A stretch of 64,000 bases of DNA from NCBI GenBank assembly GCA_017643395.1, contig JAEPNP010000002.1, positions 38,290-102,289 of the forward strand, given 5' to 3'. A program made the position numbers and the translations under genes. This document shows, one piece after another, positions 9,466-18,126 of this stretch. Each line of letters opens with the position of its first letter. Within the stretch, counting starts at the first letter, position 1. This DNA is from Rhodothermales bacterium. Lineage in GTDB: Bacteria; Bacteroidota; Rhodothermia; Rhodothermales; UBA10348. The notes under the pieces are model-generated. The model searched no databases. It was not told the origin of the DNA and saw only the letters and a program-made list of their open reading frames with translations.

Positions 9466-12400
9466 TTACTTCATCAGGACTAGTTGCTTGGCGAAGCTTC
9501 CCTTGTCCGTCTCAAGCCGGTAGATGTAGGTACCGGTCGGCAGGCCTGCGGCGTCGAACTGCACTTCGTGCTGTCCGGCCTGGGCGGTACCGTTGACCAG
9601 AACCTTGACCTCGCGACCCAGCACATCGTAGACCGACAGGCGGACCTGGCCAGACTCGGGCAGTGCGAAGGAGATCGTGGTTACCGGGTTGAAGGGGTTC
9701 GGGTAGTTCTGATTCAGAACGTATCCGCTCGGCAGCGTGGTCTCTTCACCGGCGATGGGCTCGGTGTCGGTCGAGGACGCCACAGGCATGATCAGCACGC
9801 CCTGGGCCTCCGTACCGAAGATCACCTGATCGCCAGCCGGGTTGACGGCCACGAAGGAGACGTTGGCGCCACGAAGGACGATCTGCGTCATGCTCGTTGC
9901 GGTCGTCGGACCGGAGGAGAAGAAGGCCCCATGGCCCCAGGTGGTGACGTAGAGGTCTTCGTCGCGATCGAAGGCGAGCGCGCGGGCCTCAGGAGTCACC
10001 GTGCCGCTGGTGAGGGTCACGTCCGTGTCAAGCTGGCTCCAGAGTCCTGCAGCATTGCCGTCTCCGTCCAGTGCCATGCGGAACACGCCACCGCCGGTCG
10101 CGGCGAAGAGGAATCCGCTGGTTGCGTTCGAGGACGGGGTGAGCTCGAGGTCGAAGATGTGACCACCCTGGTTGTTGATCAGCAGCTGGTTCACTGCAGA
10201 GCCGCCCAGGAAGGACCACGTAAAGCCGTAGTCATCCGAGGTGTACACGCCGCGGCCGAAGGTGCCTGCATAGAGGCGGCCGTTCTCGGTCGGGTGCGTG
10301 GCCAGGCTCCACGGGGTGTCGGCATCGACCTCGGGGAGGTCACCGATCTTCTGCCAGGTGCTGCCGTTGTTCAGGGAGCGGTATACGAAGCCGTGGTTGG
10401 TCGAGATGTAGAGGAAACCATCCACATCTTCTACGATGGCATACACGTTGGTCCAACCCGTCGCGCCGTGGTCGCCGAGGTCCGGCTCCAGAGCGGTGAA
10501 GTTCTCACCACCGTCTTCGGAGACGTAGAGACCGGCGGAGCCCCATGACGCGAGGTACAGCTTGTCGTCCGTTGAGTCAGCCGGCGTGCCCTGGTCATCC
10601 AGGAACAGGTCGTTGACGTACAGCGGGTACGGCAGGCCGTTACCGCATTCGCGCCACAGGTTGGCCGGGAAACCGGTCGCCGGAGGCACGCGGCACAGGA
10701 CCGAGCTGTTCAGGCCAGCGAAGCCGTTGGCGAGACCAACCACCAGGTGCTCATTGGCACCGGTGCCGAACCATGCGGCGGCCGTGGCCTGTGCTTTGGT
10801 CGGGAATTCGAAGGCCGGCTCGATGTTGAAGGACACCGAGTTGTTCGATTCGTTCGGATCGCTCTCAGGAGAGTTCACCGTGATCGAAGCCGCGCCGTTG
10901 AACGTCTGGCCGACCGTGACCGTGTAGGTCAGCGTAGCCGTATCGCCAGAGGCAAGCGCGCCAACGGTCCACTTCGGGCTGGTGAATGAGCCGACGCTGA
11001 AGGTCGGGCCAGAGTTCAGCGTGAAGGCGCCGTCGAGCAGAATGTCGTTCACCATGACACAGGAGGCCGTGTCGGTGCCGTTGTTCGTCACGGACAGCGT
11101 GATCGTCGTGATGTCGCCGGCGTTGAGGTCGGTGCCGGCCGTCGAGGTAGCGGAGATCGCCACGTCGGCGGACTGGTCGGCGAAGGCCTCGATGCCCGAG
11201 TAGGTGATGCTGTTGTGCGCGCTGGTGAAGGTCACCGGCGTCGTGGTCAGGTTGTTGATGACCGCACCACCGGAGGTGTCGATGTCGAGCACGTCACCCG
11301 GGCAGACCGCAGGGGTGCCGCCGGCAACCGTCATCGCACCAAGCGAGCTGGTGTTGGCGGTCGGGAGGATTACGAACGTGTCCTGTCCGGCGTTGCCATT
11401 GAAGGTCAGCGTCGGAGACGGTGTGTTAGTCTCATCCAGGCCGTCGTAGTCAATCGTGTCGTTACCGCCGCCCGCATTCACGACCAAAGCCGTGGTCGGG
11501 GTGGTGAAGGTAATGGCTTCCGAGCCGTTGGAGTCGATGAACGACATCCCGTCCACGGACGAACCGTTGTCGCGGATCACGATGTTGTCATTGATTACAT
11601 CCGAGAACGTGAACGTTGCCGTCGTGATCGTGACCGTCGCCAGCACTGGAGCCAGCAGCGTGTAATCGATGTCAATCGTCACCGCCGCCGTGCTCTCCAG
11701 GTCAATGGCACCATCGCTGGCATTCGTGGCCGCATGTGTGAATGCCCACGAGCCGTTGTCGGTGTCGTTGATCTCGATGGCATCGGCACCGGCACCGCCA
11801 TTGAAGACCAGGCCAAAGTCATCGTCGATGTCGGCGAGGTCCACCACAAGGGTGTTAGGATTGTCGTTGCCAGTTATGGTGAAATCGGTCGTGGAGCCTA
11901 CGGAGGTGTAGTCCTGGTCCAGCATGGTGTTGCCATTGCCATCGGTAAGGACAAGGTCTCCACCGGCGTCTTCGGACAACACGACGGGCTCTACCGTTCC
12001 GGCAGGCAGGGTGAATCCAGTGACAGCTGACTCAAGCACGATACTGAAGTCCCAGTCCTCAACCTCGCCAGTCTGTGCGGCCTCGGTCCCGTCGTCGCAG
12101 TCGTCGATGGCCGCGCAGAGACGGAAGCGAAGCGTCGAACTGCCGCCCGCAGTAGAGGCGATGTCGAGTGGCACAAAGTTCAGTCCTTCACTCACTGCAT
12201 AGTCGTTCACAGCGGTGATGTCGCCGATTTCCGGAATGATTGAGAGATAGCCTGATCCTCCCTGCACGTCAACTGCGATGTAGTTGGTCAACGTGCCGGC
12301 AGCCGGTTTCACGAGGTTGCCGACGGGCAGCGAGACGCCGTCATCGTCGGTAGCCGTGTCAAGGCCGTCATTCGAGGCTTCCGCGGCAACAGTCGCGCCC

Positions 12401-14076
12401 AACTTGAGATCGCTCGAGATACGGTGGGTGGGAGCCGTTCCGCCGTAGGCTGCTCCGCTGCGGTCACCGTAGTCGAGGCCAACCAGCGTGGCGGAATCGC
12501 TGTCGGAGTCGTTGGAGTTGTCCGTGTCGTCCGAGTCGGCGACTGAGGCGGTAAGCACAACAACGTCTCCGGCCGACCCGCTCGCCGTCACCGCCAGTTC
12601 CAGCGTAACAGACTCGTTGGCCTCCAGGTCACTGGCGAGGATGTCACACTTAGAACCGTCCTGAATCGTCGCATTTGTACCGCAGTCATCAGCCGGAGTC
12701 GTCGAGCCCGAGTAGCCACCGCCTGTCAGCGTTGCTGCACCAGTCAAGAAACCACCGGCCGGGTAGCTCAGCGTAACATCACCAGCGGGAGTTTGAACGC
12801 CATTGTTTTTCACCGTAATGACGACAGTCGTCGCCGGCGTCCCATCCAGATCGATGGATTCATCTGCGACTGCAACGGTGACCTGCAGTTCAGTCCCGTC
12901 GTTGTCGGTGATCGTGCCAAGACCGTTCTCGTTGCCAGAGTCCGGATCGTAGTCGGCGCCGTCAACGACGGTCACGATGAAGTTCTCATTGCCCTCGACG
13001 TCGGTGTCGCCTGTGGTTCCGACCGTAGCCGTCCCGGTCTTGCCCGTGTTGGCGATCGTGACCAACACGTCCGGTGTGTAGTCCAACGAGGTCGTCGCGG
13101 TCAGGTCCGTATAGCTGAGAGCCACATCGTAGTTGTCCTCAGCCTCGATGTCAGCGGTTAGGGTGAAGGTGAGGTTGTTTCCTTCGATCGCGGTCGCATC
13201 GTTGATGGCAACCTTAGGAACGCCTTCGTTGTCGACGATCGTCAGAATGCCGACGCCATCGCTGATGGTGTAGCGGGCGTCCGCAGGAAGAGAGACGTTG
13301 GCTGTCTCGTCGCCCTCGTACTTGTTGTCGTCGTTGATGACGACATTCAGGCTGGCGGACAGGTCCCCGGCAGAGATGGTGCCGAGTAGATAGTCAGTCG
13401 CGCCGTCACCGTTGTAGTCCGTGTCTTCCGTCGCACTCACATCCACGAAGTCGAGATTGTATCCCGTTGCTCCGTCGTTGTAAAACGCCAAATCCTCGTC
13501 GATGGCGTTGGAGAGGGTGACCACCATCGGGATAACGCCGGCGTTTTCGTTGCCGGAGCCGTCGGCGAGAGCGATAGTCGGATTGTCCTCATCGTCGATG
13601 ATGGTTACCTCGACGTCATTTCGGTTTATTTTCGTCCCCATGAGATCACCGCCAACTCCGGTGATCTCCACTTCAAAGCACTCGCTTGAAGCTTTCGCCT
13701 GCGATGGGTTCTCTCGAATCGAGTCCTCGACGGTTGCAACGGAAATCGTCTGAGTAGCTCCCGCTGCCGAGCCGGCAGGGAACGTGATTGTCCCGGCGGA
13801 AACCACGAAATCGTCGCCCGCGGTCGCCGAGTTCGCGGGCGCCGTACAGGCGACCGTTTGAACCACATAATTGGCTGTGCCCGCATTCGTAATCCCGGCG
13901 TCGTAGAGTTCGACCGTGAGCGTAACGGAGTTGCCCTCAGTGACCGTGGCCGTAACGGGATTGAATCCCGCCTCCTGCGCAAACGCCGGAAGCACCGACA
14001 CAAACGCCAAAATGACCAACCCCACTACGGTGTTGACCAGCGTCCTCATGCGCGAGTTTGTAGTAACAGAGTTCAT
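9466..14076 (-). CDS. Giant T9SS-secreted surface protein, paralog C (same architecture as paralog B)
   Basis: 1536-aa ORF with a signal-like N-terminus (...LAFVSVLPAFAQ) and Calx-beta-like blocks. Motifs include VKNNGVQTPAGD, GEVEDWDF, NAGGGNDTIDYDGLD and CPGDVLDIDTS. Asp-box motifs are YVSEDGGENFTAL, YRSLNNGSTWQKIG and YTSDDYGFTWSFL. The T9SS tail is NYPNPFNPVTTISFALPESGQVRLSVYDVLGREV...YIYRLETDKGSFAKQLVLMK. Confidence 0.9.
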   Translation of the reverse strand: MNSVTTNSRMRTLVNTVVGLVILAFVSVLPAFAQEAGFNPVTATVTEGNSVTLTVELYDAGITNAGTANYVVQTVACTAPANSATAGDDFVVSAGTITFPAGSAAGATQTISVATVEDSIRENPSQAKASSECFEVEITGVGGDLMGTKINRNDVEVTIIDDEDNPTIALADGSGNENAGVIPMVVTLSNAIDEDLAFYNDGATGYNLDFVDVSATEDTDYNGDGATDYLLGTISAGDLSASLNVVINDDNKYEGDETANVSLPADARYTISDGVGILTIVDNEGVPKVAINDATAIEGNNLTFTLTADIEAEDNYDVALSYTDLTATTSLDYTPDVLVTIANTGKTGTATVGTTGDTDVEGNENFIVTVVDGADYDPDSGNENGLGTITDNDGTELQVTVAVADESIDLDGTPATTVVITVKNNGVQTPAGDVTLSYPAGGFLTGAATLTGGGYSGSTTPADDCGTNATIQDGSKCDILASDLEANESVTLELAVTASGSAGDVVVLTASVADSDDTDNSNDSDSDSATLVGLDYGDRSGAAYGGTAPTHRISSDLKLGATVAAEASNDGLDTATDDDGVSLPVGNLVKPAAGTLTNYIAVDVQGGSGYLSIIPEIGDITAVNDYAVSEGLNFVPLDIASTAGGSSTLRFRLCAAIDDCDDGTEAAQTGEVEDWDFSIVLESAVTGFTLPAGTVEPVVLSEDAGGDLVLTDGNGNTMLDQDYTSVGSTTDFTITGNDNPNTLVVDLADIDDDFGLVFNGGAGADAIEINDTDNGSWAFTHAATNASDGAIDLESTAAVTIDIDYTLLAPVLATVTITTATFTFSDVINDNIVIRDNGSSVDGMSFIDSNGSEAITFTTPTTALVVNAGGGNDTIDYDGLDETNTPSPTLTFNGNAGQDTFVILPTANTSSLGAMTVAGGTPAVCPGDVLDIDTSGGAVINNLTTTPVTFTSAHNSITYSGIEAFADQSADVAISATSTAGTDLNAGDITTITLSVTNNGTDTASCVMVNDILLDGAFTLNSGPTFSVGSFTSPKWTVGALASGDTATLTYTVTVGQTFNGAASITVNSPESDPNESNNSVSFNIEPAFEFPTKAQATAAAWFGTGANEHLVVGLANGFAGLNSSVLCRVPPATGFPANLWRECGNGLPYPLYVNDLFLDDQGTPADSTDDKLYLASWGSAGLYVSEDGGENFTALEPDLGDHGATGWTNVYAIVEDVDGFLYISTNHGFVYRSLNNGSTWQKIGDLPEVDADTPWSLATHPTENGRLYAGTFGRGVYTSDDYGFTWSFLGGSAVNQLLINNQGGHIFDLELTPSSNATSGFLFAATGGGVFRMALDGDGNAAGLWSQLDTDVTLTSGTVTPEARALAFDRDEDLYVTTWGHGAFFSSGPTTATSMTQIVLRGANVSFVAVNPAGDQVIFGTEAQGVLIMPVASSTDTEPIAGEETTLPSGYVLNQNYPNPFNPVTTISFALPESGQVRLSVYDVLGREVKVLVNGTAQAGQHEVQFDAAGLPTGTYIYRLETDKGSFAKQLVLMK

Positions 14077-14210
14077 GACAGCTTACCTGCTGTTGTTGAT
14101 ACAACATTGCCGGGCGGCTGCCACTGACCCGTTGCCGGGACTCGCGACACTCCGCACCGCTAACCAGACACGGAAAACGGACGCTTCCCGCGGATTTCGG
14201 TCAGGCGGCG

Positions 14211-14233
14211 CGATTGTGGTTCAATTCGTCCGA
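14211..14233 (-). promoter_or_regulatory. Conserved upstream element of paralog C (CGATTGTGGTTCAATTCGTCCGA on + strand)
   Basis: Third copy of the ATTCGTCCGA-containing element, about 135-157 nt upstream of the ATG at 14076. Confidence 0.4.
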
Positions 14234-14551
14234 ATCCTCCCACGTCGTGTCCGACCTGTATCAGGCCCATGGCCGAAAACAATCGATTCAGCCCCATTCT
14301 GAGACCGCAGGGCGCTGCGCCCCCACCCCGGATGTCGCATCCCCACCCCTCTCCGTCGCCTCATTTTCCAGGCATGTCCGAAGCTATCTCAATCCAAGAC
14401 ACCCGAAAAACAGCCCGCTAAAGGGTCCAGGAAGTCGCCATCGCCTAGCCGCCCATCGCCAAAGACGGCCTAATCCGCCCGGAACCCCCTAAGCCCCCCA
14501 CCAACCAGTCGGGAGCACAAACCACCAGGCCTACCACACCCCGCGGTGCGA

Positions 14552-15196
14552 CTAAAGTCCGAGTTCCCACCCAAGACGAATCAGCGGCACCCCCTGCAGC
14601 CCAAACAGCTCCAGCTGCAGCGCCTCCTCCAAATCAACCCGCTCCCGCTCCAGAGCCGCCTGAAATTCCGCCTCCGAGGCCCGCGGCCCATCTGCCGACA
14701 ACTCCACCAGCGGCTCCGTCAGCGCCACGCCAACCCCGAAGTTGAACCCGGCGCCTCGCCAGCCGACCATCAGTGCCGGCACGGGCCCGGACAGCTCAAA
14801 CCGCCCGGAAAGCTTGCCATACTGGTCCGCGGTGTAGGTCATCCCGTCGATGACGTAGGCGCCTTCATCCTCCGGAGTCGCGGCCAGGGCCTCATACCCG
14901 CCGATCAAATAGCCGGCGGACAGGGCAAAGTTGCTCCTGAAGGGATGCAGAGAGGCCATCGCCAGTCCCCCGGAAACGGTGGGCTCCAGCGTGTACCGGT
15001 TGCCCTCGAAGTCCACGTTCGTGGTGCCGACAGGCGCAAACCCGAACTCCCCGGACACACTCAGAAACCGGAAGAAGGTCTTCTTGGTGACTGATCCGCC
15101 CACCCCGAGTCCACCGATCTGCGGGCCAAATGACCACTGGGCCGCCACAGGCAGCGCGCAGAGGCTGAGGATGAGCAGAAAGAGGAGTCGACGCAT
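14552..15196 (-). CDS. Putative small outer-membrane beta-barrel protein
   Basis: 214 aa with signal peptide MRRLLFLLILSLCALPVAAQ. It shows alternating hydrophobic, Gly/aromatic-rich beta-strand-like segments (FGFAPVG, LSAGYLIGGY, GFNFGVGVAL). No specific family was recognised. Confidence 0.55.
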   Translation of the reverse strand: MRRLLFLLILSLCALPVAAQWSFGPQIGGLGVGGSVTKKTFFRFLSVSGEFGFAPVGTTNVDFEGNRYTLEPTVSGGLAMASLHPFRSNFALSAGYLIGGYEALAATPEDEGAYVIDGMTYTADQYGKLSGRFELSGPVPALMVGWRGAGFNFGVGVALTEPLVELSADGPRASEAEFQAALERERVDLEEALQLELFGLQGVPLIRLGWELGL

Positions 15197-15277
15197 ACCG
15201 GTGTAATCGGCAGCGGGCCGGGCTGAATCAAGGGGTTCCGCCCGCGCAAATCATGCCTGCGGGCCAAAGATCCCGGC

Positions 15278-16162
15278 TCATTGCATCATTTGCGTGTAAT
15301 CCGACAAGTGGGCCGGATCCATCTGCTGCAGCAGATCAAACGCCTGGGACGCCACAGGCGACCCTTTGAATACGGCCACCAGCTCCTGGTATTTGGTCGC
15401 AAAGAACTGATCCAGGAAATAGATGCGATTGCTCGCCGTGTACAGCCCGGACAGGTCCTGAATCACCTGCAGGATGGCCGCCCGGGACCGCTCCGTGGTC
15501 GCGACAAACCGGTCCAGCCCGTGGTAGTGGTAGTCGAAATAGGCCTTTCTCAGGTCCCGATACCGCTGATCCATGATCTGCGAGATCAGCTCACCCTTGC
15601 TCCGATCTCCCCCCAGCGACTGCCAGCCGAGCGCTCCCGACGACTGCGCGATCTCCGCGATGCGCCGCGCGCGCTCGAAGTGCGCCGTGCCCCCGTACTC
15701 CGAGAACGTGTCGTAGTCGTACCCCAGAATCAGGTACCCGTAAAAGTTCAGCACGCTCGTCAGAGGGTGAAAGCGGTCGGGCTCCCACACCAGCGGCGTG
15801 CCCTGCGGGTAATCAAACCGCCAATCCTCATCGGAGAACTGGACCACCGTGGACTGCTGCGCGGTCCCGTAGATCGGCCGCCTGGTCGCCACAATGAGTC
15901 GCGCGCGGAAACTCGTCAGCGACACCGCCTCCATCATCACGATCTGCATCGTGCATTCGATGCGCTCGGTCTCTTCGTACCGATCCTCCGTCCATCGCCG
16001 GTCATTCATGTACTCGGCGACCCGCTCCCTGAGCTCGTCCAGGTACGTGTAGTCCGACCCGGACAGGTTCGCGTAGTTGATGGTCACCGAACAATTGAGC
16101 TCCTGCGCCTGGGCCGGAACGGCCAACAGAATCAGAAGCAGGAACGCCGGGAGGTATCGCAT
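15278..16162 (-). CDS. porD: DUF4835 family protein (annotated in recent databases as T9SS protein PorD)
   Basis: 294 aa with a signal peptide ending AQAQ followed by ELNCSVTINY. Other family landmarks are ERIECTMQI, FRARLIVATRRPIYGT, DEDWRFDY, VLNFYGYLILGYDYDTFSEYGGTAHF and YFDYHYHGLD. These match, from my memory of Bacteroidota members, the pattern ELN..V.VN / ERI.C / RP.Y / FY.Y.ILG.D.D.F..GGT / YH..GLD. Confidence 0.8.
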   Translation of the reverse strand: MRYLPAFLLLILLAVPAQAQELNCSVTINYANLSGSDYTYLDELRERVAEYMNDRRWTEDRYEETERIECTMQIVMMEAVSLTSFRARLIVATRRPIYGTAQQSTVVQFSDEDWRFDYPQGTPLVWEPDRFHPLTSVLNFYGYLILGYDYDTFSEYGGTAHFERARRIAEIAQSSGALGWQSLGGDRSKGELISQIMDQRYRDLRKAYFDYHYHGLDRFVATTERSRAAILQVIQDLSGLYTASNRIYFLDQFFATKYQELVAVFKGSPVASQAFDLLQQMDPAHLSDYTQMMQ

Positions 16163-16239
16163 GCGGTCGTGTTTTCGCTCGACGCAGCCTCCTACAGGCC
16201 CCCATCGTTACAGTTTCCGGCCACAGGTCCTCTCCTGGT

Positions 16240-16917
16240 ATGACCTGTCCACGAATCCTTGCCGCTTGTTCTGTTCTGGCGATGAGCAGCGCGCCCGTGC
16301 CGGCGCAGGTCCCGCTGCGCATGGCGCTCTCCGGTGTTGGCGTGGCCTACGCACTCAATCCGGCGGTGCGCGCCCCGGGCCGCATGCAGATCACCTCCGC
16401 GCGCGCATACGCCATCCCGGAGTTGACCGAGATTGCCGCCGTTCTGGAGGGCAAATACGTGCGATTCGGTCTCGCGCGACTCGGCTTTGAAGGCTATCAC
16501 GAATCCACACTGGATGTGGCGGCTCGCCTTCCCGGGGTTGCCGGCCTGCGGCTTCGGGTCCGACACGCCCGGCTGCCGGGCTTCAGAGCCCAGGCGTCCC
16601 TGAGGCCGGAGCTCGGCGTAGTTCGCCCTCCGTTTGGCGTGGTCCTCTCTCCGTCCGGGTTCGCCTTCGGCGGCGTGTATGAGGTACCGCCCTGGACGTT
16701 TCTCGCTGACATCTCCACGGACCGCGGCCATCTCGACGGCGGCGTGGCGTGGCTCTACAGGGTGTCCGCCGTCACCCTGCTCGGCTCAACGGGCATCAAT
16801 CCGGAGCGGCTGGGCCTGGGCATGCTCCTGCAGACCGGTCCCCTTCTGCTCGCCATCGCGGTGAACCGGCACGTAGAGCTTGGCTGGAGTCAGGCCGTGG
16901 GGGTAGCATGGCGCTGA
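16240..16917 (+). CDS. Hypothetical secreted / outer-membrane protein
   Basis: 225 aa with a signal-like N-terminus (ILAACSVLAMSSAPVPAQ) and G+C-rich third codon positions. Its stop overlaps the ATG of the next ORF by 10 nt. No family was recognised. The composition is Arg/Ala/Gly-rich, so coding status is only moderately supported. Confidence 0.5.
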   Translation: MTCPRILAACSVLAMSSAPVPAQVPLRMALSGVGVAYALNPAVRAPGRMQITSARAYAIPELTEIAAVLEGKYVRFGLARLGFEGYHESTLDVAARLPGVAGLRLRVRHARLPGFRAQASLRPELGVVRPPFGVVLSPSGFAFGGVYEVPPWTFLADISTDRGHLDGGVAWLYRVSAVTLLGSTGINPERLGLGMLLQTGPLLLAIAVNRHVELGWSQAVGVAWR

Positions 16918-18119
16918 TTCTCTTTCTGGCGATGCAGTCGCTGCCGGACTCGCTGATCGGTGCCGAGGACTTCTCGGAAGCGCTATGGGAGACGTTCGGC
17001 GGTAGCGCGGCCTGGAGTGTTTCCGTTCGTCGCGGCGGGAAGGTGCGCACTGCAGCCTCCGGCGAGTGGGGTGCATTGGTGCTTCGGGACCAGCCCTCCG
17101 GATACCTGCAGGCAGGTCCGATTCTGGCGGGGCATTTCAGGGTGCGATCTCCAGGCGGATTGGTCACTGGCACGCCGCGTTTTGGCTCGCCGGCGGCAGG
17201 AGGATCGGCCCTTGGGATGGCGCGCGTTCGCGGATATGCGGGCACGGCGGGGAATGCCTACACCGGGCTGGCCCTGGTCACCCGGCGCGTTTCGGGGTGG
17301 ATTACCGGCAGCGGGTCGGGCTTGGTGGCCCATGCCGGACCCATGCAGCTCACCACGACATCTGCCGGCCTCGCTGAGATTGGCGTGAGCGCCGGACCCG
17401 TCGCCGCTGCGGTCAGCCCTGACGGCGTGATCGCCGTGGCGACGCTGCAAGAGCGGCGCGGCAGACCGATGGCGCGCGTTGCCGTTCGCTGGCTGGGTCA
17501 TTTGCCCGACAGCGCCTCCCCTCTGCGCGCGTTCTCGGGGCCGGAAGCAGGGATTTCCATGCTGATCCGGGTTCCACACGTCCAGATGAGCGCGGATGCT
17601 GCTCGATCACGGGCAGCCGTCGTCGCCGAGTCCCGTGTAGAGGCACGTCGCGGGTCGCTCAGAGGCAGGCTTGTCGTCAGAAGCCGAAGCCGTGCGCGGC
17701 CTGCCGGCCGGCTGACTACCAGCACCCCCGTGCGGGAGGCTCGTCTCCTGCTTGCGATGCCGCATCTGGCCATCGTGCTGCAGGATCGACAGGGCGCCAG
17801 GTCATGGTACCTCGCACTGACCGCGGCCTGGCGAGGAATCCGCATCGGCATCACGGATTTCTCGGCACAATCCGGCAGCCCCCAACTGGCAGTCTACGAG
17901 CCAGGAGTTGCCCACCAGTTTCCTGTAGCCCGCCTGGCGGGGGGCGGGCGCAGGGTGTGGGCGCTCCTCGAGCGCGACCGGGGTGGTCATCGCCTGGCCC
18001 TGAAGGTCGCGCATCAACTCAAACGCCCGGCCGGTCCTCTGGACAGGCCGGTCGGGCGATTTGAGATCGCGTTCTCGCTTGAGCGACGGCTGCGCGTTGC
18101 CGGGCCCCCGGCCCGGTAA
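16908..18119 (+). CDS. Hypothetical protein (start chosen at MALILFLAMQ, overlapping the upstream stop)
   Basis: The track ORF 16749..18119 has an Arg/Pro-rich N-terminal extension that overlaps the upstream gene. The internal ATG at 16908 gives a hydrophobic N-terminus and a 10-nt overlap with the upstream stop at 16915-16917, which fits translational coupling. No family was recognised. Confidence 0.45.
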   Translation: MALILFLAMQSLPDSLIGAEDFSEALWETFGGSAAWSVSVRRGGKVRTAASGEWGALVLRDQPSGYLQAGPILAGHFRVRSPGGLVTGTPRFGSPAAGGSALGMARVRGYAGTAGNAYTGLALVTRRVSGWITGSGSGLVAHAGPMQLTTTSAGLAEIGVSAGPVAAAVSPDGVIAVATLQERRGRPMARVAVRWLGHLPDSASPLRAFSGPEAGISMLIRVPHVQMSADAARSRAAVVAESRVEARRGSLRGRLVVRSRSRARPAGRLTTSTPVREARLLLAMPHLAIVLQDRQGARSWYLALTAAWRGIRIGITDFSAQSGSPQLAVYEPGVAHQFPVARLAGGGRRVWALLERDRGGHRLALKVAHQLKRPAGPLDRPVGRFEIAFSLERRLRVAGPPAR

Positions 18120-18126
18120 CCCGCAC

